A stretch of DNA of 64,000 bases from a virus (taxonomy: Duplodnaviria; Caudoviricetes): positions 128,001 to 192,000 of IMG/VR virus record IMGVR_UViG_3300043754_000129; one strand, 5' to 3'. Each line of letters begins with the position of its first letter. Position 1 is the stretch's first letter. This document shows, in pieces, positions 20,014 to 29,113 of the stretch. Both the position numbers and the translations under genes were made by a program. The notes under the pieces were generated by a model, which was not told the origin of the DNA, did not search any database, and saw nothing but the letters and a program-made list of their open reading frames with translations.

Positions 20014-20775
20014 TTATGCCGTCGCTGTGTTGGTGGTGCTTGTGGGTACTGCTTGCGAGTCGAAGTGGGGAGGTGCCACAACGCTGAAATACTTAACGTC
20101 AACGAGGTCTAAGCCAATGAATTGTCCTGCAACCATCATGGTCGCTTGGAACGGGTGTGCAGCTTCACGGATCATCTCCTCAAGAGACTTTTCATCCGGT
20201 TTCTCGTTGAAGTACAGGGCGGGCGCGATGAGGTGAACCTCAGTGCAACGAATCGTGTCCAACGCCTTGGTGTGGTGTTTCCACCACGCGCCATAGTCGT
20301 ACATGACCATAGCAGCAAACTTCTCTTTCACGAACATCGGGCTCAGATGTTCCGGCGGGATATTAATCAGCTCCACGGGGACGAATCCACCGCACCATGC
20401 CGATATCGCTTGCCGTATTTCCGAGAGCACCGACTCGTTGAGTCGATACGGATATACGTTCACCGCAATCTTGACCCCGTCGTACTCGGGTCGCGCGACT
20501 GCGAACTCGCTCAGAAGCTGCGTGAGATTCTGAAGGCGAGGCACGAAAGCCGTAATGGCCGAGTATTGCAGAGTTTCCTCATCCCGGTCATTGTACATCT
20601 GCTTGAACTGCTCAGGGTCTACGCCCGCGAACTTGTCTTCGTCACGCTGAATGTAATCAGGTGAGAACACTTTGTCCGCCAGCTCGGCGCCCATTTTCCG
20701 GATTGTGCCAAGACGGGTATCGAGCAGGGCATCCAGCTCGAAGTAAACCGTCTCGATGATAGCACTGGTAGACAT
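20014..20775 (-). CDS. Conserved phiKZ-like hypothetical protein, 253 aa
   Basis: N-terminal VYFELDALLDTRLGT (degenerate HAD-motif-I-like). The stop overlaps a GGCATAA terminator motif. Confidence 0.65.
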   Translation of the reverse strand: MSTSAIIETVYFELDALLDTRLGTIRKMGAELADKVFSPDYIQRDEDKFAGVDPEQFKQMYNDRDEETLQYSAITAFVPRLQNLTQLLSEFAVARPEYDGVKIAVNVYPYRLNESVLSEIRQAISAWCGGFVPVELINIPPEHLSPMFVKEKFAAMVMYDYGAWWKHHTKALDTIRCTEVHLIAPALYFNEKPDEKSLEEMIREAAHPFQATMMVAGQFIGLDLVDVKYFSVVAPPHFDSQAVPTSTTNTATA

Positions 20776-20802
20776 TGTTAGAGTTTGTTAAGTCTGTCGA
20801 CT

Positions 20803-20818
20803 CGGGGCCGAAGCCCCG
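20803..20818 (-). terminator. UUCG-loop hairpin, possible terminator
   Basis: CGGGGC-TTCG-GCCCCG on the minus strand in the intergenic gap. No clear U-tail. Confidence 0.4.
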
Positions 20819-20873
20819 GAGGCCTTTCTTACTGCTACTGCTGTGAGTCCCCTACTACAACAACAACGAAAGA

Positions 20874-21419
20874 CTACTGAACCACAGGGAGAGGAGCAGC
20901 CTGATTACGACGGCTGTTCTTCGCCGGTGCCTTGAGGTCCGGCATCGCCACAACCAGCTGAAGCAGGAGGATGATGACAATCCACTTGTTAGCCAGCAGC
21001 GTAGGCCGAACTGTTTCGGACGACGCCATGTCGTCCTGGACCTGAGGTGGAATCCCCGACTGATACGGCAGAGCCGTGTTCGAAGCGGGAGGTCCGTCGA
21101 CGCTTACGGCAAACGCCAACGTATCCACCAGGTGGAGAAACTTCTCGTTGGTAGTACCCCAACGAGAGTAGAAGTGATAAGTGAGCGACAAAACAAAGTC
21201 GCGCAGAATCTCATCACCAAAGACCATCTCGATCGCGCTCTTCACACCTTGCGGCGTCACGAGCATGTAAGGCTTCTTGTAGAAGGCTTCCACATAGACG
21301 AATCGTTGAATCCGATCCTGGGTCGCCTGCTCCAAGGCCTGTGCGTTTCGAAGGACGTGTTCGAGACTGTCCTTAAAGACTTGCCCGAGTTCAATCCAAT
21401 CACCAACTTCCAAAGCCAT
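20874..21419 (-). CDS. Hypothetical protein, 181 aa, with a C-terminal hydrophobic segment
   Basis: In operon with the gp149-like gene. Segment WIVIILLLQLVVAM. Confidence 0.6.
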   Translation of the reverse strand: MALEVGDWIELGQVFKDSLEHVLRNAQALEQATQDRIQRFVYVEAFYKKPYMLVTPQGVKSAIEMVFGDEILRDFVLSLTYHFYSRWGTTNEKFLHLVDTLAFAVSVDGPPASNTALPYQSGIPPQVQDDMASSETVRPTLLANKWIVIILLLQLVVAMPDLKAPAKNSRRNQAAPLPVVQ

Positions 21420-21439
21420 CGTTCGATCCGAATTGGTTG

Positions 21440-22132
21440 TTATTGTGTCAGCGTGTTGCTCAAGTGCATCGAGAGCAGGATGGTGTGCAAAGTCTGCGTG
21501 GAGCGCACCCCACCAGCCAAATGCTTGATCGCTTCTTGCGACGCACCACCAGTCTTCGCGAAGCTGTCGTTCATGGCGTTAAAGCCTTGCGTATCCCCGC
21601 CGCGATACTTCAGCAGCTCGTTCAACGTCTTGTCCAGATTCAGTGCAGCCAGAATCTGGGTTTCCGGATACGAAATCTTCGCCGCTTCCGATTTGCCCGA
21701 CGGCTGACCCGTCAGATCGTCCACGCTCTGATTGTCCTCCGGAATGGAGATCTTCTTCACCAGCACCTGAGCCTGACGGCGCAGCGGCAAATCCATCACC
21801 AGGTACTCCTTGGGCGTGAGATAAGCCGGCGAGTTATCGTCGGGCTTGATCCACAGACGCTCAAAGAAGTTGTGCCCCAACTCCTTAGCCAACGCCAGGT
21901 TGTTCTCGACCGTCAACTGCACCTTCGAGAAGTTCGGTGCGATGATCGACAGCGTCACCTCACCTCGGTCGAGCTCTTCCATAAACTGCTTGAAAGCCGC
22001 GTCATCCATGGAGGCAAAGAGATCCTGATAGAGCTTGGTGTTTTCACTACCAGGCATCAGTTTCTCGATGTACTCCAGGATGTAAGCTTCAGCTGCTTGG
22101 CGGTTGCCAGTTTTCTTCTCGGCCATTGTCAT
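21440..22132 (-). CDS. rpoB: Virion RNA polymerase beta subunit, C-terminal part (phiKZ gp149-like), 230 aa
   Basis: RRQAQVLVKKISIP...DDLTGQPSGKSEAAKISYPETQIL corresponds to the beta C-terminal region ([20 protein letters not shown] in bacteria). Size matches the small vRNAP subunit. Confidence 0.85.
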   Translation of the reverse strand: MTMAEKKTGNRQAAEAYILEYIEKLMPGSENTKLYQDLFASMDDAAFKQFMEELDRGEVTLSIIAPNFSKVQLTVENNLALAKELGHNFFERLWIKPDDNSPAYLTPKEYLVMDLPLRRQAQVLVKKISIPEDNQSVDDLTGQPSGKSEAAKISYPETQILAALNLDKTLNELLKYRGGDTQGFNAMNDSFAKTGGASQEAIKHLAGGVRSTQTLHTILLSMHLSNTLTQ

Positions 22133-22622
22133 TGCCCCATTTCCGTTTATCGATGTTCAGATCACGGTTCACGAGGATAACCTTGGGAACGATGCCCTGC
22201 TTCTCAGCTTCGTCGATCATGTTCTTCGTACCGGGTGAACTGCAATCCCAGAAACAAAGCACATGTGACCCCGCTTCAGCCATCTTTGCATTACGCATGT
22301 GGCCGGCTCGAGCGTTGTACTTCACGCCCAAACGGTTGGTCTTAACGAAAGCACCCGGAGCAGAGATATCGTCCCAGTCGGCCTTGAACTCTGTCCAGGC
22401 ACGACCGTTCTCGCGACACCAACGAATGATCATATCATCCGGGCCTTTCTTGGCCTTACCGGAAATGAAGATGATCGACTCTTTCGGAAAGTACTCGATG
22501 ATGTACTGCTCGAGCTGATCCCGAAATTGGTCGTAATCGTTGTAGTCACGAGAACCGGCGACTACGAGCGCGATGTCGAAGTCGCCGATGGCGTCATGCG
22601 AGAGAGCTTGGTGCCCAATCAA
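22089..22622 (-). CDS. SLOG-superfamily protein (DUF2493/YspA-like)
   Basis: VVAGSRDY...IISGKAKKGPD...ADWD...AGHMRNAKMA...LCFWDCSSPGTKNMI is the DUF2493/SLOG pattern. Probable TTG start overlapping the upstream TGA (TTGA). Confidence 0.8.
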   Translation of the reverse strand: MIGHQALSHDAIGDFDIALVVAGSRDYNDYDQFRDQLEQYIIEYFPKESIIFISGKAKKGPDDMIIRWCRENGRAWTEFKADWDDISAPGAFVKTNRLGVKYNARAGHMRNAKMAEAGSHVLCFWDCSSPGTKNMIDEAEKQGIVPKVILVNRDLNIDKRKWGNDNGREENWQPPSS

Positions 22623-22981
22623 CGACTGAGCGGGAGTTGATGCTTGATGATGCACGGCAGCGCTCCTTTCTCGAACGCTTCTTTCCAGTTGACAACCGGA
22701 CACTTGTCGATGAGCGAGTACCGCACATCCATCGACTCTTCCGCGTTGAGCATCTCCTTGCCGATCGTCTCAGCAATGGCGTTGCGCCACGCGCGGTTGA
22801 TCTCGAAGGCTTGATAGTCGGGATCGGGCAGACCCGCGATACCAGGCTTCAGCAGACGCAACCAAGCTTCCGGTGCCGAGTGGCCATTCGAAGCGAGCAG
22901 ACCCGTGACCCAATTCACCAAATCTTCCGGTTGTTCGGGCTGTTGATCTGCGTTGTTATTTACATCCAGAGTATGATCCAT
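22619..22981 (-). CDS. Hypothetical protein, 120 aa
   Basis: Co-oriented ORF whose stop overlaps the next start. Confidence 0.6.
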   Translation of the reverse strand: MDHTLDVNNNADQQPEQPEDLVNWVTGLLASNGHSAPEAWLRLLKPGIAGLPDPDYQAFEINRAWRNAIAETIGKEMLNAEESMDVRYSLIDKCPVVNWKEAFEKGALPCIIKHQLPLSR

Positions 22982-23024
22982 GGTAATAAGTTTTTACTGC
23001 AATCTTATTCAGAGCGTTGATTGA

Positions 23025-23384
23025 TCAGGCTTTTTGCAGCCAAGCGTCGTAGTTGCCAGGGGTGTTCAGCCATGCAATAGCGGCACCCGGCTCGGCCTCT
23101 TCGAAGCGTCCGTCTTCCATCTCCGCCTGGGAGCGCACACAGGTGCGACCATCAGGCATGAGGTAGGCGTAGGCCGGTTCCCGAGTCGCTTCAATCACGA
23201 ACTCATGGGGCGTACCCGTAATGAGGTAGATGCCGCCACTCTTGATGTGGCGGACCTCGGTACCCTCAAGAAACTTGAAGGTACGGCACTGAAGCGAGCA
23301 AGCCCGCTCCAGCTGTTTCTGGATGAAAGGATGAACGTTAGCAATCGCGTTCATCCGCTCCAAGAAGTCCTTGGGATCGCTCAC
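23025..23384 (-). CDS. DUF1653-like protein, 119 aa
   Basis: VRHIKSGGIYLITG...EATREPAYAY...CVRSQAEM resembles the DUF1653 RHxKGGxY...ETxExxVVY...WVRP pattern. GTGA overlap with the uvsX-like gene. Confidence 0.55.
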   Translation of the reverse strand: MSDPKDFLERMNAIANVHPFIQKQLERACSLQCRTFKFLEGTEVRHIKSGGIYLITGTPHEFVIEATREPAYAYLMPDGRTCVRSQAEMEDGRFEEAEPGAAIAWLNTPGNYDAWLQKA

Positions 23385-24952
23385 TCGGCCTCCAATTCCG
23401 TCATGGCGTAGGGGTTGGGTTCGGCAATCTTGCCGCCCTTTGCTTTCTTGATCACCGCCGCGGCTTGCACCTTGGCTTCTTCGACCAGCTCAGCCATCTC
23501 GTACGGATTGGACTGACGGTATTCGACCTTCACGGTCTTCTTATCGTCTTCCAGCCAGTACGGGTGGTACAGACCCTTGCGCATACGCAGCAAGTCCATC
23601 GTCGACAAGAATGGCAGTTCGTCCTTCTCGCCGAGCATGTGCGTCCACCAGCCGCGCGACTCGAGCAGCACGTCCCAGTCGTAGCCGAGCTCCTTCAGGT
23701 CGTCGTAGAGTTCCTTCGGCGTGCACAGCAGACCTTCTTGGAGCGTGTGCCACAGGTAGGACATCTGGCACATTTCCGACGTGATGTTCAACGCACGGCG
23801 CAGCTTCGGATCAGCGTCGATCTTCGAGCGTACCGTCGTACGGCCGAGCTTGACTTCCGGACGCAGCGACAGGCTGTAGGAGACGTTCGAGCCTTCCATG
23901 CCGTACTTGTCGTTGTCCTTGATGTGGTGGAATTCCGTGAGCGACGGAAGCACACCTTCTTGCTGCGACACGATGAGCGTGAGCGCCATGCCCGACGCAC
24001 CCGACTTCGAACGCAGATTGCGGATGAGCACCGTGTTCAGGTCCGTGTCGAGCAGCAGATCGTCTTCCGAGTTGCGCGGGTATTCCGGCGCCTTCGTCGA
24101 CTGGTTGATCAGCGGGCTTGCGTTGAATGCGTGCCAGCAGTTGTGGGTGACGAACGTGAACTTGTCGGTCGTACCCTTGATCTTGTCGCCGTTCTTCAGA
24201 TGCTTGAGCTTGGTGATCGGTACCGAGCCAGCCGGACCAGCGTTCTGCATCGTCGTTTCCTTGCCCAAGTGCGCGGTCATGAGCAGGTAGTCGTAGACCG
24301 AACCGTGGATGCGCGGCGCTTCCATCAGGATACGGGTCTTTTGCAGACCTTGACGCATGTGGATGGTGTTCGCACCCGACTCGCCCAGACTGTTCTTGTC
24401 TTGCATCTCGACCACGTCCGACGTTTCGAATTCCGAGAAGGAATCGATTTCGGTCATCGTCGGCACCATCATGGTCATCGCGGCCGAACGCTCGCGGTTC
24501 CAGAACGGCGTATCGACGATCACGTCCTTGCGCTTGCCCTTTTCCTCGAGCTCCTTCTTGTGCGCATCGTACCACTCGTCGCCGATGTACATCGTCTTGT
24601 CGGTAATCGACCAGCGTTGCGTTTGCAGCACGTCTTCGCCGTGGAAGGCTTCGGTGCGCGACACGATGTTGGCCAAGTGCCACTCGTGAATGTTCACTTC
24701 GGTATCGTACGTCTTGCCGGCCGAGTACTTCATGCGACTCATGGCCATCAAGGTCATGAAGTGCATCAGAGTCGACTTGAAGTTGTTACCGATACCCACG
24801 ATCCCGGTGAGCGGTGCAAGACCACCAACCAGAATCATTTCACCCCGCTTGCCTTCGACGTAATGCCCCGTCGGAATGTCCAGCAGCGCACCCAGGTTGA
24901 TCAGCAACTTGATGTGTGGCGCAGGAGTCATCTTAGTTCTCAAATCAATCAT
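23381..24952 (-). CDS. uvsX: UvsX/RecA-like recombinase (phiKZ gp152-like), 523 aa
   Basis: Walker A variant GIVGIGNNFKST, Walker B-like TEIDSFSEF, LLMTAHLG. Size and context match. Confidence 0.85.
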   Translation of the reverse strand: MIDLRTKMTPAPHIKLLINLGALLDIPTGHYVEGKRGEMILVGGLAPLTGIVGIGNNFKSTLMHFMTLMAMSRMKYSAGKTYDTEVNIHEWHLANIVSRTEAFHGEDVLQTQRWSITDKTMYIGDEWYDAHKKELEEKGKRKDVIVDTPFWNRERSAAMTMMVPTMTEIDSFSEFETSDVVEMQDKNSLGESGANTIHMRQGLQKTRILMEAPRIHGSVYDYLLMTAHLGKETTMQNAGPAGSVPITKLKHLKNGDKIKGTTDKFTFVTHNCWHAFNASPLINQSTKAPEYPRNSEDDLLLDTDLNTVLIRNLRSKSGASGMALTLIVSQQEGVLPSLTEFHHIKDNDKYGMEGSNVSYSLSLRPEVKLGRTTVRSKIDADPKLRRALNITSEMCQMSYLWHTLQEGLLCTPKELYDDLKELGYDWDVLLESRGWWTHMLGEKDELPFLSTMDLLRMRKGLYHPYWLEDDKKTVKVEYRQSNPYEMAELVEEAKVQAAAVIKKAKGGKIAEPNPYAMTELEAE

Positions 24953-25071
24953 GACTTCGTTCCGTTCCTTCGAATTATCTTGATTAGTTATGCCCTACCA
25001 AAGGATGCTTGATGGGCGTACAATTTTATAGCAACCATTTCTTTCACGCCCCAGTGCTACAGGAAACGCTT

Positions 25072-25902
25072 ATGACTACGTTTGACATTACCGAATTGGA
25101 AGCCCAGCGCACCATTGCACTGGAGTCCATGATTCTGCCCAACGCGTTCGAACGCCTCACGAGCTTGCTGCCGATCGCTGTGAAGTCGTTCCAGAGCATG
25201 ATGGGCCTGATGTCCACCGATGCTCCCGCGGCTAACCCGCTCACGTCGGCTCAAGCCAAGTTCACGAAGACCGTGGCGAACCGTAACTACCTCAATCTGT
25301 CGCAGATGCCGGCCCGTGTCCCCGAAGGCATGAAGGGTACGTATCTGGCGTACCTGCACATCCTCTCGGAGGCTAGCACCCATGCCAGCCAGATTGTGGA
25401 CAAACTCTCGGCCTACACCCTCTTTTTGGGAACGCTCATTAACGAGCACGGCGCAGAGCTCAACACCAAGTTCAACCGCAGCATGTACAGCGGCATGGCC
25501 GCGGAGCGCGACGACCGCACCCGCATGCTCGGCACTGTCCACCAGCCCGGCTCGACCAAAGCCGACACCGTCTACAGCGCTGTGGTCGAACGCAACGCCG
25601 ACTGGCAAGCAATCTTCGAAGCCCTCAATCTGGTGACGAGCCAGATCAACGGCGTGAACAAGCGCACGATCAACAAGAAGGTCGAGGAAGCCTCGCACTA
25701 CTTGCAGATCATCGAGACGAAGGTCTCGCGTGGCGAGCTCGCCCACATCTCCCCGCAGATGGTTGCCGAGCTCGCCGACGGCGCCTTCCAGATGGGCAAG
25801 GAAGTCGAGTACTTCGTCGCCATCTGGTACAAGGTGCAAGCGATTACCGAAGCGATCAACGCCACGGTGACGACGCTCAACAGCGTCTACGAAGAACGTT
25901 AA
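25072..25902 (+). CDS. Putative virion head protein (phiKZ gp153-like), about 276 aa
   Basis: AGGA RBS before ATG 25072. N-terminal IALES matches the A/S/G-x-E prohead-protease cleavage motif of phiKZ-like head proteins. Helical. Confidence 0.65.
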   Translation: MTTFDITELEAQRTIALESMILPNAFERLTSLLPIAVKSFQSMMGLMSTDAPAANPLTSAQAKFTKTVANRNYLNLSQMPARVPEGMKGTYLAYLHILSEASTHASQIVDKLSAYTLFLGTLINEHGAELNTKFNRSMYSGMAAERDDRTRMLGTVHQPGSTKADTVYSAVVERNADWQAIFEALNLVTSQINGVNKRTINKKVEEASHYLQIIETKVSRGELAHISPQMVAELADGAFQMGKEVEYFVAIWYKVQAITEAINATVTTLNSVYEER

Positions 25903-25915
25903 AATCCCCGAGAGG

Positions 25916-25964
25916 GGCATAAGGGCCACTGAGCGCTTCGTGGGCGCTCAGTGGCTTGTATGAC
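25916..25964. terminator. GGCATA/TATG-family hairpin between convergent genes
   Basis: GGCATA-AGG-GCCACTGAGCGC-loop-GCGCTCAGTGGC-TTG-TATGAC. Confidence 0.7.
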
Positions 25965-25971
25965 GTCTTGT

Positions 25972-26397
25972 TTAGACGCCCACGTTTGCCAGTTCCGGCT
26001 GGTGCAAGTTGTGAAGAAGGTCCTCGACATCTTGCGACATCTTGGCTTCCTCATCATAGCGCAGCCACTCCGGCATAGCGGCGATAACCTTGCGTGCAAC
26101 CGCATGTGCGCGATCCCGAACGGCTTCGGTCTTGAGCGAGAGCTTGACCCCGGGTTCCAGAGGACGATTTCGCCAAATCGCGTGGGACAAGTGCACCGGG
26201 AACTTCAGCGCATTGTCGTCCGCGCTCAACGAAAGTACCTTGTTGAGCTTGTGCAGCAACTCGCGATTGATCTCCTTGGGATCTTTCAGTTGGGCGCTGA
26301 ATGAAGCCAAGAACATGAGCCGCTTGGTGCGCACGGGTAGGTACTTTGTCGCAAGACTCGCCATACTACCCGTAATCACGTCAGTGACAGGTTTCAT
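25972..26397 (-). CDS. Hypothetical protein, 141 aa
   Basis: GGAG RBS before ATG 26397 (MKPVTDVITG...). C-terminal part of track ORF 25972..26547, downstream of RNase H. Confidence 0.6.
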   Translation of the reverse strand: MKPVTDVITGSMASLATKYLPVRTKRLMFLASFSAQLKDPKEINRELLHKLNKVLSLSADDNALKFPVHLSHAIWRNRPLEPGVKLSLKTEAVRDRAHAVARKVIAAMPEWLRYDEEAKMSQDVEDLLHNLHQPELANVGV

Positions 26398-26473
26398 TAA
26401 AGAAAACTCCGTAGAGCCGCCGAATCCGAAGAATGGGCGGCTGCGGTGGACTGATTGCGCTACTTGCCGTGCG

Positions 26474-28006
26474 TTAGATGACACGCAGGTTCGAGTACTC
26501 GCTGATCCAGATACCGATGTCTTCCCCTGCCTCGACGACCGTGGCATAGCGAAACGCGCGCGGTGATTCGAGCCACGTGATCAGCGTCACCTTAGGTGAC
26601 TGCTTTTCAAGTCGCTTGAGGCTATTGCGATGAAGCATGTCCATACCGAGAACAAGAGTCACAGGAACTTGCGCCACGCCACCTTCCGTCTGGTAGTTGG
26701 CCTGTACTTCAAGTTTTGCAAACCCGACCCCGTACTGCTCGCGCAGCTCCGTGGTCAAGACGACGTCGCCCTTCTTACCGATGGGCTTCTCCTTCGTCTC
26801 ATAAAGTATCGGTGTAAGATCGGTGCGCACGAACTCCGGTTTGTTGTCTTCGAACGCATTCAAGCGCTCGATCAACGCAGAGATCGATTCCACTGCTCGC
26901 ATCGCCAGACGGGCCGGTTCGAAGTGACGCGTAAGCGGTTTGCGCACACCCTTGGCTGCCGGATCGAACTGCAACGAGTTCAGGTCCAGCTTGTAGGCGT
27001 TCGCCCGCGGCATCGCAATCGAGCCATAGGTGATGACGTCGTTGTGCGTCTCGCTGTTGTACAGCTGGTTCAGACGGATCATGATGATCGTGTCCAGTCC
27101 TTCTGCCAAGACGGTCGAGTAGTCGCGCACGATTTCGATCGCTTCTTCTTCCTTCTTCAGGCGCACCACCGCATAGCAACCATCGGCCATGCGCTTGCCC
27201 AGCATGTCGTCTTCCGTACCGTGGTTGCCCAGGTAGTATTCGCCACGCGTTTGGTAGCCCTTCATCGTGTTGAAGTAGCAGCTCGGCAGCGAGATAAACG
27301 GATGCTTCTCGTTGTCGTACTTCCAGTAGCCTTCGGAGACCTTGGTGTTGATCTCCGCACGCACCGTGCCTTGGCCCGACGTCAGACTGCCGATGCCCGC
27401 GAGCTTATCAGCGATCTCGTTACCCAGGTGAGCGTCGTGCCCCTTCACCCAGCTGAACTTGACCTCGATGCCCTTGTCGGTCAGAAAGCGCCGCGTCTTC
27501 AGGAAGTGCTGCCAGCTTTGCATGTTCTTCGGCTCCACCCCGGTCGAGGTGAGCCAGCCCGCTGCTTCCCATTTCTCCACCCGACCATCGGCGTTGTCGC
27601 ACACGTACTTGCTGTCGGTGCGGATGTGCAACGTCTTGATCGCGTAGTTACCTGCGTGCTCCATCGCGGCAATCGCGCCATGGAGTTCACCCAGGTTGTT
27701 CGTTCCGATTCCCGGCAACGCCCCGTATCCATCCACATAGTGAACAGGTGTGACTTCGCCCAGGCTACCCTTCTGACTCGGGTGAGTCTTCTCGATGTAA
27801 CCCTTGGCGGTGAGGTTCCAGTTTGAATTACCGGTTCCTTTCTTCGGCTTCACGTTTGCATACAGAAAGCCGTGCATGCCCCAGCCGGACGGACCCGGAT
27901 TCGTGGGTGCAGCGGAGCCGTCTGCGTAGATCATCATGCCGTGTTCAACTTCGGCTGCAACCTCAGCGACTGCTTCCTTCACGACTTCTTTGATTTGTTC
28001 TTCCAT
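26474..28006 (-). CDS. rnhA: Ribonuclease HI with a C-terminal extension (phiKZ gp155-like), 510 aa
   Basis: IYADGSAAPTNPGPSGWG, TNNLGELHGAIAAME, IRTDSKYV and WVKGHDAHLGNEIADKLA give all the RNase HI catalytic motifs. Confidence 0.93.
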   Translation of the reverse strand: MEEQIKEVVKEAVAEVAAEVEHGMMIYADGSAAPTNPGPSGWGMHGFLYANVKPKKGTGNSNWNLTAKGYIEKTHPSQKGSLGEVTPVHYVDGYGALPGIGTNNLGELHGAIAAMEHAGNYAIKTLHIRTDSKYVCDNADGRVEKWEAAGWLTSTGVEPKNMQSWQHFLKTRRFLTDKGIEVKFSWVKGHDAHLGNEIADKLAGIGSLTSGQGTVRAEINTKVSEGYWKYDNEKHPFISLPSCYFNTMKGYQTRGEYYLGNHGTEDDMLGKRMADGCYAVVRLKKEEEAIEIVRDYSTVLAEGLDTIIMIRLNQLYNSETHNDVITYGSIAMPRANAYKLDLNSLQFDPAAKGVRKPLTRHFEPARLAMRAVESISALIERLNAFEDNKPEFVRTDLTPILYETKEKPIGKKGDVVLTTELREQYGVGFAKLEVQANYQTEGGVAQVPVTLVLGMDMLHRNSLKRLEKQSPKVTLITWLESPRAFRYATVVEAGEDIGIWISEYSNLRVI

Positions 28007-28042
28007 GTCCTGTCCTGGTTAGACTTGTACTAGAGGATGACT

Positions 28043-28546
28043 CTAGCCAGTCTTTTTTGCCGGCCGACGTTGCTCACGCTCGCAGTTGGTGATATAGTCC
28101 TTGTACGACTTGGCGAGCGTCGCCTGACTGGTCGCAATGTACTGGTGGAGTTCCTGAATATGGTTCCGGGTCAGCGCATCGATTTGAGCGGTGTCTGTGG
28201 GCTTCAGTTGACTGAGCTTGTCCAAGGGTGCTGCGGGCGGTGCCGGCAGCGTAGGCGGCCTGTAGACCGGGCAGAAGCCCTTTGGCACGCGTTCGATAAT
28301 CTTGGGCTCGTCTGCCGAGGCCGGAGGTTGCTTCACGAGCTTCGGATCCACGGGCGCCGGCACGATCTCAGTCGTTCCCGAGACCACGATCTTGGCCATG
28401 ACCGGTTCCCCGGACTTGGTGCGGTCCGTCACCAGTTCACTGGCGGTGGGCACCTGCACGTAGGTGATGTTGCGGTTCACACAAGACGAGGACACCACAG
28501 CCAACAGCACGAGCACAACGGCCCGGCGAAAGAAACGGTTCATCAT
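28043..28546 (-). CDS. Putative lipoprotein, o-spanin candidate, 167 aa
   Basis: Signal RFFRRAVVLVLLAVVSSS-C (lipobox-like), Pro-rich middle, an extra Cys and a helical C-terminus. Confidence 0.55.
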   Translation of the reverse strand: MMNRFFRRAVVLVLLAVVSSSCVNRNITYVQVPTASELVTDRTKSGEPVMAKIVVSGTTEIVPAPVDPKLVKQPPASADEPKIIERVPKGFCPVYRPPTLPAPPAAPLDKLSQLKPTDTAQIDALTRNHIQELHQYIATSQATLAKSYKDYITNCEREQRRPAKKTG

Positions 28547-28568
28547 GATAAGGTTCTCAAAAGGGAAA

Positions 28569-28588
28569 AGGGGAGCCGAAGCTCCCCC
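28569..28588 (-). terminator. UUCG-loop terminator
   Basis: GGGGAGC-TTCG-GCTCCCC followed by TTTTCCCTTTT on the minus strand. Confidence 0.6.
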
Positions 28589-28597
28589 TACGGGTCA

Positions 28598-29008
28598 TCA
28601 GTGCGAGTTCACGTTGGAGAACGTGTTCTTTAGGAGGTTGTAGTCAGTCGTGCTGACTTCCTCCACACCGCTTGTTTCCACCGTTGCACTGGCAGCCACA
28701 GGGGCCACGACAATGGGCGGCTTGCAGCTGCTGGTGACCAGCTGCGTCTTAAGGTTGTCATCGCTCGCCTTGAGCGCCTTGTAGTCCTTCTGCAACGCCA
28801 CATACGACATCAGGAGCCGGACCATCCGGGTGTCTGCGCCGATGTTGACGATATTGAAGAAGAAGCTTGCCATGATGGCAATGCCAAACAGCGCCCTACG
28901 CCGGTTGAACACCAGCGCGTGTTTGAGAGTGTGCCCTTCGAGCACCATCTCTTTCACGAAAGGCCAAGCGCTCCACAACAACTTGACTACGAACTCAATG
29001 GGATTCAC
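28598..29008 (-). CDS. Membrane protein with a coiled coil, i-spanin candidate (about 136 aa)
   Basis: GAGGA RBS then GTG 29008. TM segment ALFGIAIMASFFFNIVNIG, then the heptad stretch YVALQKDYKALKASDDNLKTQL. Confidence 0.55.
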   Translation of the reverse strand: MNPIEFVVKLLWSAWPFVKEMVLEGHTLKHALVFNRRRALFGIAIMASFFFNIVNIGADTRMVRLLMSYVALQKDYKALKASDDNLKTQLVTSSCKPPIVVAPVAASATVETSGVEEVSTTDYNLLKNTFSNVNSH

Positions 29009-29113
29009 AATGGTCCTCGTGGTTAATTTTATAGTTAGCGTTTTACCGACATAAAGGGTAACTGTCAAGCCCTTTGTGTAGGTTTATTTTCATGCCCCGT
29101 TAGTGAGGACACG

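Noticed and set aside
20014-20775. Possible HAD phosphatase (ELDALLDT)
   Set aside because: The first catalytic Asp of motif I is replaced by Glu and motifs II-IV were not recognisable, so it is left as hypothetical.
20830-20876. TAG stop at 20874 followed in frame by more codons and another TAG, hinting at TAG recoding
   Set aside because: All large conserved genes are intact under the standard code with no internal TAG, so there is no support for an alternative genetic code.
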